DNA of 64,000 nucleotides from Octopus sinensis (taxonomy: Eukaryota): positions 69,626,001-69,690,000 of the forward strand of contig NC_042999.1 of assembly GCF_006345805.1 (NCBI RefSeq). The letters are read 5' to 3'. This document shows, piece by piece, positions 1-12,618 of the stretch (position 1 is its first letter; every line of letters begins with the position of its first letter). Position numbers and translations under genes: made by a program. The notes beneath the pieces are model-generated. The model was not told the origin of the DNA. It saw nothing but the letters and a program-made list of their open reading frames with translations, and searched no databases.

Positions 1-263
1 GATAACATCTTTGGTGGACTCACGGTGATAAAATCTACTTACAGTTATGTACATTGAAGTAAATTATCTTTAATCTTTTATCATTAGACTGCGACCATGC
101 TGGGGCATTGCCTTGAATAAGTTTTAACCAAATGAATCATACTCAGTACTTATATGATTTTTTAGGTCTGATGCTTACCCTGTCTGTCTCTTTTTACTGA
201 ACTGCTAAGTTACAGGGATGTAAACACACCAACACTGGTTGTCAAGCAGTGGTGGTGGAGGTC

Positions 264-295
<32 letters not shown>

Positions 296-1067
296 ACATA
301 CAGTGAGCTTCTTTCAGTTTCTGTCTACTAAATCCACTCAAGGCTTTGGTCAACCTGAGGTTGTAGCAGAAGACACTTGCCCAAGGTGCCATGCAGCAGG
401 ACTGAACCTGGTGCCATTTGGTTGGAAAGCAAGTTTCTTACCATACTGTCACACCTATATATGTATGTGTTGTTTGTCTCATAACAGAGAATAAAAGTTA
501 TGTTAACTATGAATATTTCTTCTCTTATCTATTTCCAAGAACTCTGAATTTATTAAAATGTAGAGTTCTCAACCATACTTAACTTCATCAACATTTTGAT
601 CATAACATCCTGATAACACAAAGTGCCTCCTGACTGGCTCCCATACCAGTGGCATGTAAAAAGCACCATTCAAGCATGTGTTGTTGCCAGTGCCACCTGA
701 CTGGCTCCCATGCTGGTAGCTCATAAAAATCACCATTCAAGCATGGTCGATGCCTGACTGGCCCTTGTGCTGTTGGCATGTAAAAACAACCACTACACTC
801 TTAAAGTGGTTGGCATTAGGAAGGGCATTAGGCTGTAGAAACCTTACCTGATCAGATTGGAGCCTAATGCAGCCTTCTGGCTTGCCAGTCCTCAGTCAAT
901 CTGTCCAACACATGCCAGCATAAAAAGCGAATGTTAAACGACGACGATGATGATGATGACGACTACATCCATTCATCTACCAAGCATTATCATTGGTGAC
1001 ATGATTCAAATACCAATACCAATACCAATCACCATTATATCTGTTATATATTATTACAATCATCCCT

Positions 1068-1290
1068 AAGGTGGCGAGCTGGCAGAATCGTTAGCATGCC
1101 GGGTGAAATGCTTAGCAGTATTTCATCCGTCTTTACGTTCTGAGTTGAAATTCCGCTGAGATCCGCTTTGCCGTTCATCCTTTCAGGGTTGATAAATTAA
1201 GTACCAGTGAAACACTGGGGGTCACTGTAATTGACTATCCCACTCCCCACAAATTCTAGGCCTTGTGGATTTAGAAGAAAGGATTATTAC
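1068..1290 (+). mobile_element. SINE family C (Deu/Nin-domain-like), representative copy
   Basis: aaggtggcgagctggcagaatcgttagc...ctttgcc.ttcatcctttcagggttgataaattaagtaccagt. Other copies at about 23065, 26770, 37100-37475(-, tandem), 49150, 55975(-), 57480(-). Confidence 0.8.
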
Positions 1291-3139
1291 AGTCATCTCT
1301 CTACCATCTAACCAACTCACCTCACATACTTATGAAATTTTTCTGTCTCTGCTCCCTTCCCATTCACATAGACCAATCCTTTGTATCTCTTCACCTACAT
1401 TCCCTCTCACTGTACCTGACAACTATCCACCACCATCTCTCCTACTCTCTCCATCTTTATCTTTCTCTCTAAGTCTCTCTTACTCTTCCTTCTTCTCCAA
1501 CTGATAACCTTATATCTCTTCTAAGGCAACACGCCTATTTCTATCTATTATTCTTTTAATCTCTCATCATTTGCCGCAAAACTACCGCTGTCAATACTTC
1601 CCTCATTCCCAGTTCAAAAGACTTTGTCTTGCAAGTTGTTTAGTGACCCTGCTGGTGCTGGTGCCATGTGAAAAGCATCCAGTACATTCTGTAAAGTGGA
1701 TGGTGTTAAGAAGGGCATTCAGCCGTAGAAGCCATGTCAAAACAAACAGGGCCCAGTGTAGCTTTCTGGCCTTGCCAGTTCCTTGTCAAAGTGTCCAACC
1801 CATGCCAGTATGGAGAACAGATGTTAAATGATGATCACACACACACACACAAACAAACAATGGGCTTTCACACAATTTCTGTCCACCAAATTCACTCTCA
1901 ATGCATTGTTTGCCCTGAGGCCAAGGTGCCATAGAGTGGGACTGAACTTGAAGCCAACTGGTTGCAAAGCAAGCTCCTTACTCACACAGCCATGTCTGGC
2001 TCTGTTCCTCTGTATCATTGCTAGCCGGTAAACCTCCCCACCCCCTGGACTCTATATATATCCAGGTTTTCACCACTCACTACCTACCCCCACCCTACAC
2101 TCTTTAACACTCCCTTCGCAATATCCTGCCACTTATATTATGGCATTTTGAACCTCAAGGGTATGCCCTGGCACTTGTCACCATCTATATCTCTCTCTTC
2201 CTTTGCTCAACCATCCCATTTATATTCTGATCCTCATCCCTTGTGAGTATGCCCAGCATTTTGCCACCATCTCTATCCTGCTGTCACCCAGTCTCTCTCT
2301 CCTTCTCCTGCACTTCCCTCAAGTTGGGTAACCATGTATTTTCTTTGCGACAGTGCACCTGTTTCTGCCTTTATTCCTAATCTCTCTCTCTCTCCCTCTC
2401 TCTGGCTGGGTAACTTTGTAGCTCCTCTACAACAAGACACCTGTTTCTATAACCTTTTATTAGCCAACACAAGATCACCTCCTCAAATGCCCCCTCCCTG
2501 TTCAAAAGACTTTTATCTTGCAAGTACTTGGTAACCCTGTCAGTGAAGGTGCCGCTTAAAAGCACCTAGTCCACACTGTAAAGTGGTTGGTGTTTGGAAG
2601 GGCATCCAGCAGTAAAACCCTTGCCAAAACTGACCTCACCTGTGCTTGGGCCACATAAAAAGCACTAAGTCAACTCTGCTGAGTAGTTGGTATTAGGAAG
2701 GGCATCCAGCTGTAAAAATCCTGCCAAAACAGTCACAGAAGTCTGGCACAGGCTTCTGCCTGGCCGGCTTTTGAGAAATCGGCACTTGTGAAATCATCCC
2801 ACCCATGCCAGCATGGAAGGCAGACATTAAACAATGAGGATGATGATGATGATGATGATAATTCATGTCCAAACTGGAAAAACAACAACATCAACAAAGA
2901 CTTAAGATAAGAACAAAGCAACAGAAAAGATTTTAAAAATAAAAGAAAGTTAAAATGAAATGGAATTTCAGAATATACGGAAGAAAAAAAAAAAACAAGG
3001 AAACAGAGAGAGAAAGCAGTCTTTTTGACAATATTCTGAAAGAGTTGCCAATGAAGAACCAATAGAGCATAAAATCAAACAATGGCCGAGAAGCCTTCAG
3101 CCAAGTGGAGAATCATGTCTGCTTTCAGCTGCACAAGAT

Positions 3140-3495
3140 CAATGGTTAGTTATAAAATTGATAGACATATATACACACACATACATACATCCATCCATCC
3201 ATACATACATGCATACATACACACATACATACATCCATCCATCCATACATACATGCATACATACACACATACATACACACATACATACACACATACATAC
3301 ATATATACATGCATACATACACACAAACATACATACACACATACATACATACACACATGCATACATACATACATGCATACACACACACATACATACATAC
3401 ATACATGCATACAGACATACATGCATACATACATACAGACACACACACACATAATGCATACACACATCACCCATCCGTCCATATATATATATATA
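3140..3495. repeat. Compound (CATA/CACA/CATC)n microsatellite (representative of many)
   Basis: Direct observation. Similar (TA)n, (CA)n, (ATT)n and (ATC)n tracts occur at 8160-8360, 9040-9200, 17320-17435, 19480-20240, 35500-36100, 42220-42720 and 63470-63590. Confidence 0.97.
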
Positions 3496-4140
3496 CGTTT
3501 AAATATTTGTTGTGCAAGATTTTTTATGTGAAGTCGTGTGTTGAAACAGATATTGTTATATTTCGGAATGGTCATATTGCCAGTTTAGCCAATAAAAACA
3601 CATGCACTATATATTTGGTGTTCGTCACACTCCTGTGACCGCATCAGTGGTCCTTTGTTTTCTTCTCACTTATTTGTGTCTCTCCTTACTAACCGTCAGC
3701 CATTTTGTATTTCTATTGTATGTCTTCATTTGCGCATGCTTATATCTCTATGTGCGTCTATGTTTATTTAGTGTGTGTGGGGGGGATGCCTGTAATATTT
3801 GTATCTTCTGTTTATATACATTCATGTAATTTGTATTTTGTTTTTGTTGTTGTTGCTTTTGTTCTAATTTTGTTCATGTGTTTACATCCACCCATTATTA
3901 TCATTACATATGCTTGTATGTATGTATAACAACAATATTAGTAATAATAATAATAAATCTAATCGAAAAAAAAAAAAATTTATATATATATATATATACA
4001 GACATATATACACATATACATATATATATATATATATATACATACATATACATACTTAGATATATATAAATATATATAGTTATTCATTTCTATTTGTTTA
4101 TTTATCTGTGTATTTATTATGTTTTCGGGATCCTCTATCG

Positions 4141-6013
4141 TCATATGTTGTGGTGTGTGCTATTGCTCCATTCTAGTTTTCTATTCAGGCTAGGTTTATT
4201 TTCTATTATATGTGTAGCTTCTGTAATTTGTCTAATTGTTGCATCTGTTCTATGTGTGGACAATATCTTAATCTCTATGTTATTGATTGATCCCCCGTGT
4301 TCCTGTTTGGCGTGTTGGTACAGAATCGATGAGCTTTTACCTTCCTTGAGTTGTCTCCAATGCTCATTCACCCACTCTCCTATGCTTCTTGCTGTTTCCC
4401 CTACGTATGTTACTGTCTTGTTACTGCATCGTCCCTCTATACATCTTATACTATAGACTACATTTCTGGCTTTACAGTTTGTTTGTGGGCTAAATCTACA
4501 TACAGTGCAATAGTTATCCGTACAGAGGGTTCTACTAAAAGGATAGGTTCTACCAATTATAGATTTGATAGGGTTGCTTGACTTTTCAACAACCTTAATT
4601 CTTAGTTTAAGTTTATCTAGGGTCCTTCTAAAGCGGTACGCCAGTTCACCTCCAGGGGTGGTGTCAACGAACATGACACTCTGGTATTTATGGCTATCAT
4701 ACCAAGAGTTGGCCTTCCCTGTTTTCTTTTTTGTCCTTTCTATAGTGTTCCATGACTTGTTCCTATAGAGTGGGCAAATCCCATTCCTATCATTACATAA
4801 TATATTATCAAATTTCTTCATGGCTCCTTTGTATACTCTGATCCTTTCTTTATGGCTGTAACCTGAGAACTGCATGCGGTGAATGAAATACTGTATGTGT
4901 CTCTTTAATTCTGTAGGCTTGCACATGCGTGACACATTTCTCATTATTCTGACTAGGTCTGCCATCAAAATATTGAATTTGGCATTGCCCGCAATGGCTG
5001 AGTTCCGGTGGATCGGTTATTTTGAGGCCATAGGTTTTGCATAGTATGAATGAAGGATTTGGGTTTTATTTTTCACAATTTCTAGCCAGAGTTCAGTGTC
5101 TAGTACTGGTAGTCTATGGTTGGGGTGTTTAGTGGGGTAGTCTATTGTGACCTTAATACTCTGGTGGATGGAGTTAGCTATTTGCTGGATGCTCTCCATA
5201 GTATTAGTTTCTATTACTATATCAACATTACTCTCTTGTGGGGGTGCCTTTACTACTATGTTGATATCATCAACATAGCGAGAGTACATGTTTACGAGTA
5301 TGGATTTCTGCAGTAGGCGTTCTTTAAGCCTTCTGTCCCACCATACCATGAAAAGGTTGGCCAAATCACCAGCGATACTAACACCGATGGCTGCCCCCTC
5401 GTCCTGGGCATATATTTTATTATTAAATTTAAATGTGTGGCCTTTTAGGGTAACTCTTATACTAGCTCCTAGTGCATGTGCGATCATTTTCTTTACCTGA
5501 TGGACATTTGCGGGGCTCCGTATGGCTCTGGTCCATCCGCGCCATCTTTCTATATGTGTCTTCCTAGCCATAGAAGTAATTGTAGGCGATCTACCTCTTA
5601 AACATCTACTGGGGCAGAAACTACTAAGATTATGTTTATCTAAGTATTCATTATTATATGTCAGTCTAAGTAGGAGGCCCAGTTCTTCTGTGTTGACATT
5701 ACAGAACTCCACCTGGCTCTCGTTGATCATCTCCACGCACTTCTCCACTGCAAAATCTACGTCAATCGATGGGTATAGGGATACCACATCCATGCTACCT
5801 ACTATACATCCTGTCAAGTCACAAGTTTTGTTACAGTCACTGATCCTGCTTAGGAGATCTGTGCTGTCACACACATCAGGTGACATCCTGATTATAGGGC
5901 GTATGATCATTGAGAGGAAGTAGGAGATTCTGTAATTGCTAGCGATATTCGCTCCACAGACTGGTCTTGTTGGTGGTCCTGCTATAGGGTCAGTAAAAAC
6001 TTTATGGTCCTTG
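4141..6013 (-). pseudogene. PLE reverse transcriptase + GIY-YIG endonuclease, one in-frame nonsense codon
   Basis: RT motifs KDHK, GPPTRPVC, MDVVSLYPSI, QDEGAAIGVSIAG, RYVDD. TAA at 5017-5019 is followed in the same frame by PIHRNSAIAGNAKFNI and then the 4141-4968 ORF, which has a Cys cluster CTDNYCTVC, the GIY-YIG region VVYSIRC...YVGETARS and RQITEA...PSLN. The conserved Arg of GERxxEH reads TGG (Trp) at 4372-4374. Confidence 0.9.
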
Positions 6014-6248
6014 ATATCCCGGCACTGTATGGACTTCGCAAGGACCATAAACAATTAGACAAATTACAGAAGCTACACATATAATAGAAAATAAACCTAG
6101 CCTGAATAGAAAACTAGAATGGAGCAATAGCACACACCACAACATATGACGATAGAGGATCCCGAAAACATAATAAATACACAGATAAATAAACAAATAG
6201 AAATGAATAACTATATATATTTATATATATCTAAGTATGTATATGTAT

Positions 6249-6280
<32 letters not shown>

Positions 6281-6645
6281 GTGTATATATGTCTGTATAT
6301 ATATATATATATATATATAAAATTTTTTTTTTTTCGATTAGATTTATTATTATTATTACTAATATTGTTGTTATACATACAAGCATATGTAATGATAATA
6401 ATGGGTGGATGTAAACACATGAACAAAATTAGAACAAAAGCAACAACAACAAAAACAAAATACAAATTACATGAATGTATATAAACAGAAGATACAATAT
6501 TACAGGCATCCCCCCCCCCCACACACACTAAATAAACATAGACGCACATAGAGATATAAGCATGCGCAAATGAAGACATACAATAGAAATACAAAATGGC
6601 TGACGGTTAGTAAGGAGAGACACAAATAAGTGAGAAGAAAACAAA

Positions 6646-6690
6646 GGACCACTGATGCGGTCACAGGAGTGTGACGAAAGAACTCTGGCC
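6646..6690 (+). ncRNA. Minimal type I hammerhead ribozyme, variant core
   Basis: Stem I GG(A)CCA/TGGCC; core CTGATG-CG (A9 replaced); stem II GTCAC/GTGAC with loop AGGAGT; GAAA; minimal stem III G-AA-C; CTC cleavage triplet ending at 6685. Lies in the PLE pLTR, where HHRs are expected. Confidence 0.65.
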
Positions 6691-8163
6691 GAAATAAGAT
6701 TAAGATTAATGTAAGAAATAAATATCACTGAAGCAAAATAACACCAAATATATAGTGCATGTGTTTTTATTGGCTAAACTGGCAATATGACCATTCCGAA
6801 ATATAACAATATATATATATATATATATATATTATCATCATCATCATCATCATCATTCAATGTTCATTGTCCATGCTGTCATAGGTTGGACGGTTTGACC
6901 AGGCTGCCAGGCTGGCACGGTGGAAGGCTCCACGCAGCTCTGGCAGAAGTTAATGGCGAACTTCTGCTGACTCTTTCCTCACAACTTTCTCTCTCTTTCC
7001 TCCTGCATCTTGCAGCTCACTTGTGATGGACCGGCGTACCATTCAGGTGGGGAATCCTTTACACCAAGGAAACCGGGAAACCGGTCCTTATGAGCCAGGC
7101 GTGGCTCGAGAAGGCACAAACAACAACAACAGGTACTAACAGCAAAAAATATTTGGTAGAAATAAATAGAAATGCATAGTAACAAGCATTGACCATATTT
7201 GGAGGTAAGCACTTAAAATGAAAGTTGTAGGTGGTCAGGTATATAATATGTTGGATTGTTAGTTTGTGCCATTATGTTCAAAGTCCATTAAATCTTTTGT
7301 TTCACTTAGTCCAGTCAGCTGTAAAGAAGCACTGTCCGGAGAGCTGACCAGTGCAACCTGAGAACTGTTTGATGAAAGAGCATTTGGTTGATTTGTAATG
7401 TTGAACCAAACTCTCACCATGAAACAAGTCGATCAAGCTAATTATATATTGATAGCTGGAAAAATTAAACAACTGACACCATTTATTACACTTACATGAC
7501 TTTTTTTGATTGATTTATGAATTGATTATCAATAACAGGACACATTTCAGTTTTCAGATACTATTTCAGTACAATTGCAACTGCTATAGCCTCTCTCTCT
7601 CACTCTTTTCTCCTAGATTGGTACATTAAGGGCCAGCGAGTGTGTTTCTTCCTTTCTTTCTTTCTTTCTTTTTGTTTGTGCCTCACTTCAACAAAGGAGA
7701 GAAGAGCAGATACCATGGTCTGTTACTGGATTTCTGTGACACATGAGAGGAAAGGAGAAAGTACTCCTTAGACCAAGGCTATCCAATGTTATCCAAGGGA
7801 AAGGCAAAGGCCGATACAGCTTGGCACAAGTGATGTCGCAGCTCATTTATTAACGTGCAAGTGGCTAAGCAGCACTCCACAGACACGTGTACCTTTAACC
7901 TAGTTCTTAACATAGTTCTCAGGGAGATTCAGCATAACACAGTGTGAAATGGATGGCCCTTTGAAATACAGGTATAATGGAAACAGGAGTGAGCGAAAGT
8001 TGTGATGAAAAAGTACAGCAGGGTTTGCCACCACCCCCTGCAAGAGCCTCGTGGAGCTTTAGGTGATTTTGCTTAATAAACACTCACAATGCCCGATCTG
8101 GGAATCGAAACCGTGATCCTACGACCGTGAGTCCGCTGCCCTAACCACTGGGCCATTGCACCA

Positions 8164-8220
<57 letters not shown>

Positions 8221-8255
8221 ATAATAATTAGTATTATCATTATCATTATTATTAC

Positions 8256-8358
<103 letters not shown>

Positions 8359-9039
8359 TATAGAGTAAAGATTATTATAATATGGCAGGTGAATGTTACT
8401 GGTATTTAGCCCCAGAAAACATCGTCTCCAGCTGGCTATATGACACACTATCTGTGTCCTTCTATTGTCCAAACACACTGTAGATTTCCACACAATTTCC
8501 ACCTACCATATTTGACTGAAAAGAATTTGCTCAACGTAAGGGTTGCATATGGAAAGCATTTAATCTTGGTTTCATTTGGTGGAATCAAACCTTGAAATTA
8601 CATAATCACAAGACAAACACTTCAGCCTGGCAGGCATTGCTGCTGATAAAACTAATCAAAAGATAAGAGATATTGGAGTTAAGGGCACTTGTATCGATAA
8701 CAAGTTCATAATAATGATCAAACAACAATAAATTGCAGTAAAGATTAAATGGTATTGAGTTATTGATCTTACTTTCTGCCTATATAAATATATATATATA
8801 TATATGAATATAAATATACATATATTCTTTTATTCTTTTATTTGTTTCGGTCACTTGACTGTGGCCATGCTTGAGCACCACCTTTAGTCAAGCAAATCAA
8901 CCCCAGGATTTATTCTTTCTAAGCCTAGTACTTAATCTCTTGGTCTCTTTTGTTAAACCGCTAAGTTACGGGGATGTAAACACACCAGTACCGGTTGCCA
9001 AGCAATGGTGAGGGCAACAAACACAGACACACAAACATA

Positions 9040-9198
<159 letters not shown>

Positions 9199-9364
9199 CA
9201 TGACAGGCTTCTTTCAGTTTCCATCTACCAAATCCACTTATAAGGCTTTGGTTGGCCTGAGGCTATAGTAGAAGACACTTGCCCAAGGTGTCATGCAGTG
9301 GGACTGAACCTGGAACCATGTGGTTGGTAAGCAAGCTACTTACCACACAGCCACTCTTGTATGT

Positions 9365-9685
9365 GAAGGCACATGGCTTAGTGGTTAGGGCATTTGGCCC
9401 ATTATCGTAAGGTCATGAGTTCAATTCCTGGTGACACGTTATGTCCTTAAGCAAGACACTTTATTTCATGTTGCTCCAGTCCATTCAGCTGGCAAAAATG
9501 AGTAGTACCTGTATTTCAAAGGACAGGCCTTATCACACTTTGTGTCACGCTGAATCTCTCGGAAATGTTAGAGGTACACATGTCTGTGGAATGCTCAGCC
9601 ACTTGCACATTAATTTCATGAGCAAGCTGTTCTGTTGATTGTATCAGCTAGGACCCTCGTCATTGTAACCGATGGAGTGCTCCTA
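9365..9685 (+). mobile_element. SINE family D (tRNA head, V-domain-like), representative copy
   Basis: cacatggcttagtggttaggg...gagttcaattcc...gtccttaagcaagacactttatttc. Relatives at about 33260-33815 and 39560-39885(-); a related head occurs at 8020-8165(-), 24110-24278(-) and 47158-47320. Confidence 0.7.
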
Positions 9686-9734
9686 AAAAAAATGTGTGTG
9701 TGTGTATATATATATGTGTGACATGTTGGGGCAA

Positions 9735-10105
9735 GCGAAATCGAAATCGAATTGAACCAGCCAGGATCCCTGGTCTGGTGGTACGTAAAAAGCACTATCC
9801 GACTCGTGGCCGATGCCAGCGCCGCCTCGACTGGCTTCCGTGCCGGTGGCACGTAAAATACACCAATCCGACCGTGGCCGTTGCCAGCCTCGCCTGGCAC
9901 CTGTGCAGGTGGCACGTAAAAAGCACCCACTACACTCACGGAGTGGTTGGCGTTAGGAAGGGCATCCAGCTGTAGAAACATTGCCAGATAAGACTGGAGC
10001 CTGGTGCAGCCTTCTGGCTTCCAGATCCCCGGTCGAACCGTCCAACCCATGCTAGCATGGAGAACGGACGTTAAACGATGATGATGATGATGATGATGAT
10101 GATGA
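9735..10105 (+). mobile_element. SINE family B (Meta-domain-like, RTE-type (GAT)n tail), representative copy
   Basis: ggagtggttggcgttaggaagggcatccagctgtagaaa...ccaacccatgctagcatgga..ggacgttaaacgatgatgat. More than 15 copies, e.g. 620-960, 2510-2860, 27080-27720(-), 30800-31085, 50215-50560(-), 52985-53298, 62950-63170. Confidence 0.85.
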
Positions 10106-10132
10106 TATATATATATATATACATACATACAT

Positions 10133-10204
<72 letters not shown>

Positions 10205-10220
10205 TTATATATATATATAA

Positions 10221-10700
10221 AAGCCTTGAAACTCTACTCTCTCCAGTGCCACTGCGAGCGGTACATCATTTGCACGATGTGGAAAATATACTGCCAGCAT
10301 TGCCCAAATGACCCGAACATTAGTTTCAAGATTCATCCAAGGCTGGGACCATGGGCCATACGTTCCCTCCCCAATTCAGGATCACAACATATAGGTACAC
10401 TGCGACACAATTTCTTTTCCTCAACAGGCCCTGCCCTATTTATCATTACCCCAAAACTGATCAAAGAGGAAAAGGATCCCATCACCTTTAAAGGGAGTCT
10501 GAACAAATTTCTTCAGGGAATACCACATAAGCCACCCATACCTGGATACAACTAACTCAACAAGAACTCACTACTTGAATGGATCATGACACCACAAAAC
10601 TTGACTTAAAAAGGATTTAGATAATCCTATCAGGTAGTGCTATTAAGTTAGACATGGCCTAGACCAATCTTTGGTCGAAACATATCTAAGTTTTTATCTA
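10221..10700 (+). mobile_element. 3' fragment of a non-LTR retrotransposon (CR1/L2-group-like)
   Basis: KALKLYSLQCHCERYII...TLRHNFFSSTGPALF...FKGSLNKFLQGIPHKPPIPGY is a typical post-RT LINE C-terminus; 3' stem-loop GACCA-ATCTT-TGGTC near 10662. Confidence 0.7.
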
Positions 10701-11131
10701 GGTTTTCTCTATATATATATGTATGTATGTATAGGTGCAGGAGTGGCTGTGTGATAAGTAGCTTGCTTACCAACCACATGGTTCCGGGTTCAATCTCACT
10801 ACATGATATCTTGAGCAAGTGTCTTCTACTATAGCCTCGGGCTGACCAAAGCCTTGTGAGTAGATTTGGTAGATAGAAACTGAAAGAAGCCTGTTGTATA
10901 TGCGTGTGTGTGTGTGTGTGTGTGTTTGTGTGTCTGTGTTTGTCCCCCCACCATCACTTGATAACCAATGCTGGTGTGTTTATGTCCCTGTAACTTAGCG
11001 GCTCGGCAAAAGAGACCAGTAGAATAAGTACTAGGTTTACAAAGAATAAGTCCTGGCGTCGATTTGCTTGATTAAAGGCTGTGCTCCAGCATAGCCACAG
11101 TCAAGATGACTGAAACAAGTAAAAGATTATA

Positions 11132-11160
11132 CTAGCAGACACACTCGGTGCTGCTCGGGA
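11132..11160 (-). mobile_element. Helitron 3' terminus (5' end not located)
   Basis: Minus strand reads cccgagcagcaccgag (degenerate hairpin)...CTAG|T, the same terminus type as the element at 38231. Confidence 0.5.
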
Positions 11161-12618
11161 TTTAAATGGCACAGTTTGTATATATAGTACAGTTAAGTTG
11201 AAACGCATGATATGGGGAAGGGCAGCATTGATGACAAAACATTTGTGGAGTAAATGAAGGGCTAATTAATGACGTCATGCGTCTGTTTGGAGGATTCTTG
11301 GCCCTAGCCTTGTCATGAAAAAATGAGTTTGGTGGGGTGTGTATGTGATTTTTGAATGCACAAAAAAGCTCTAAGTGGATATACTCTCCTTTGCAGCTGT
11401 TGACACTGCTGCTACCACGCTGGACAATTATCAGACATAGGAACTACATCTTTGTGGTAAATTAGGCCTGTGGTCATGCTCAACGGCACCACATGAGAGA
11501 AATCTACATGAAAGAAATGATGTGGTAAGCGGGGGGAGGGGGGTTTGGAAAGGAAGCGCTTGAAAACAACACTGTCGTGTGATATTTTGGTTTGGAATCA
11601 ATAGTCATGGCTCAACCGTGCACTCCTTCAAGTAAATAGCGTGCGACCAAGCGAAAACAATTCTGCATGCAGCGTCGGGGTACGGTCTCTAACAAACATG
11701 GTTGAGTTATGTGACATTGGATCGCTGACATGGTTGGGAATCAATGGTCATGGCTCAATCGTGCGCTCCTTCAAGTAAAACAGCGTGCGACAATTGTGAG
11801 GACAACTCAGCTCCTAAACGAAAATAATTCTGCATGCAGCATCCGAGCATGTAAGGTCACATTAAGGACACGGTCTCTAACTAACGTGGTTGGGTCTTAG
11901 ACACCATAAATTAGTAGGTTAATGTACATGCAATATTTCGGTTTGTAATCAATAGCTGAAGAATATTTGTTTGGGTTTCGTCTATGCTTAGAAGGAAGAA
12001 TGATTCTGGAGCTAAAAGAAAATAGTTGAACAGTTGCTCAGGATTTGACATAATTTAGCATATTTTTCATAATAGACATTGTGCATTCCAAATAGTTTTT
12101 ATTCCAACAAATTGCTACCTATGGTACTACAGAAACAGACTATTATTGCTACCATTTAGACAACGCAGTTTGAAGTCTACATCGGTTTATCCATTTAATA
12201 CAATTCACTTATATAATTTCAGTAGCTGTTTTTTCCAGTTTGAACAGAAGCAATACATGGACCATGTGGGTAGTCATAGTACCCCAGGAAAGGGGGTTTT
12301 CTGCCCCCAGAGGTCTCTTTACTCCTTATGTGAAAAATTTTAAGAGTCTAAAACCATCTGTGGAACATAAGTAATGTATGTTCCCAGTTTGGAGAAAGTC
12401 AGTTGTGGACATCATAAGTTCTGCGGGTTTACACGCACACACACACAAACACACATACGCACGGACACGCACACATACATATATATGTTAACATTTGTAT
12501 GTACATGTGCAAATATATACATAAATATACATACAGACATATGCACGTGTATGTACAACATGTCTAAAAAAAAGACACGGAGCCAATATTTTAATAAAGA
12601 GAAGCGGAAAAATTTGCG

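Larger units (their letters stand above)
3496..6812 (-). mobile_element. Penelope-like retroelement (Naiad-like), 5'-truncated, with inverted pseudo-LTR
   Basis: RT plus GIY-YIG ORF on the minus strand. 3550-4240 and 6050-6812 are near-identical inverted repeats apart from a 63-bp indel and microsatellite length changes. Both ends abut (TA)n. Confidence 0.92.

Noticed and set aside
3082-3638. Overlapping 100-150 aa ORFs (also 10078, 15143, 19472, 26094, 35341, 42127, 43496, 62323, 63398)
   Set aside because: These are translations of microsatellites (HT, YI, CV, poly-T/H runs) with no splice or homology support.
4080-4143. Selenocysteine read-through/SECIS in this PLE copy
   Set aside because: The internal stop is TAA, not TGA. 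The terminal TGA is followed by TAG two codons later, and the ATGAC...AAAA segment does not form a SECIS stem by eye.
6002-6054. N-terminus MFMVLAKSIQCRDI of the 345-aa RT ORF
   Set aside because: It is the antisense reading of the inverted RT fragment and pLTR, not genuine coding sequence.
7180-7645. Possible exons: + donor at 7205, + micro-exon (D)WYIKGQR at 7617, minus ORF ending DLMDFEHNGTN* at about 7250-7360
   Set aside because: The splice signals are partial or mutually inconsistent, and no protein family was recognised; RNA-seq would be needed.
8100-8165. tRNA genes (also 9370, 47158)
   Set aside because: A/B boxes are present, but there is no acceptor stem and the sequence continues into SINE bodies; these are tRNA-derived heads.
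10650-10692. Hammerhead at the LINE 3' end (GACCA..TGGTC-GAAAC)
   Set aside because: There is no CUGANGA-like core upstream; it is better explained as the LINE 3' stem-loop.
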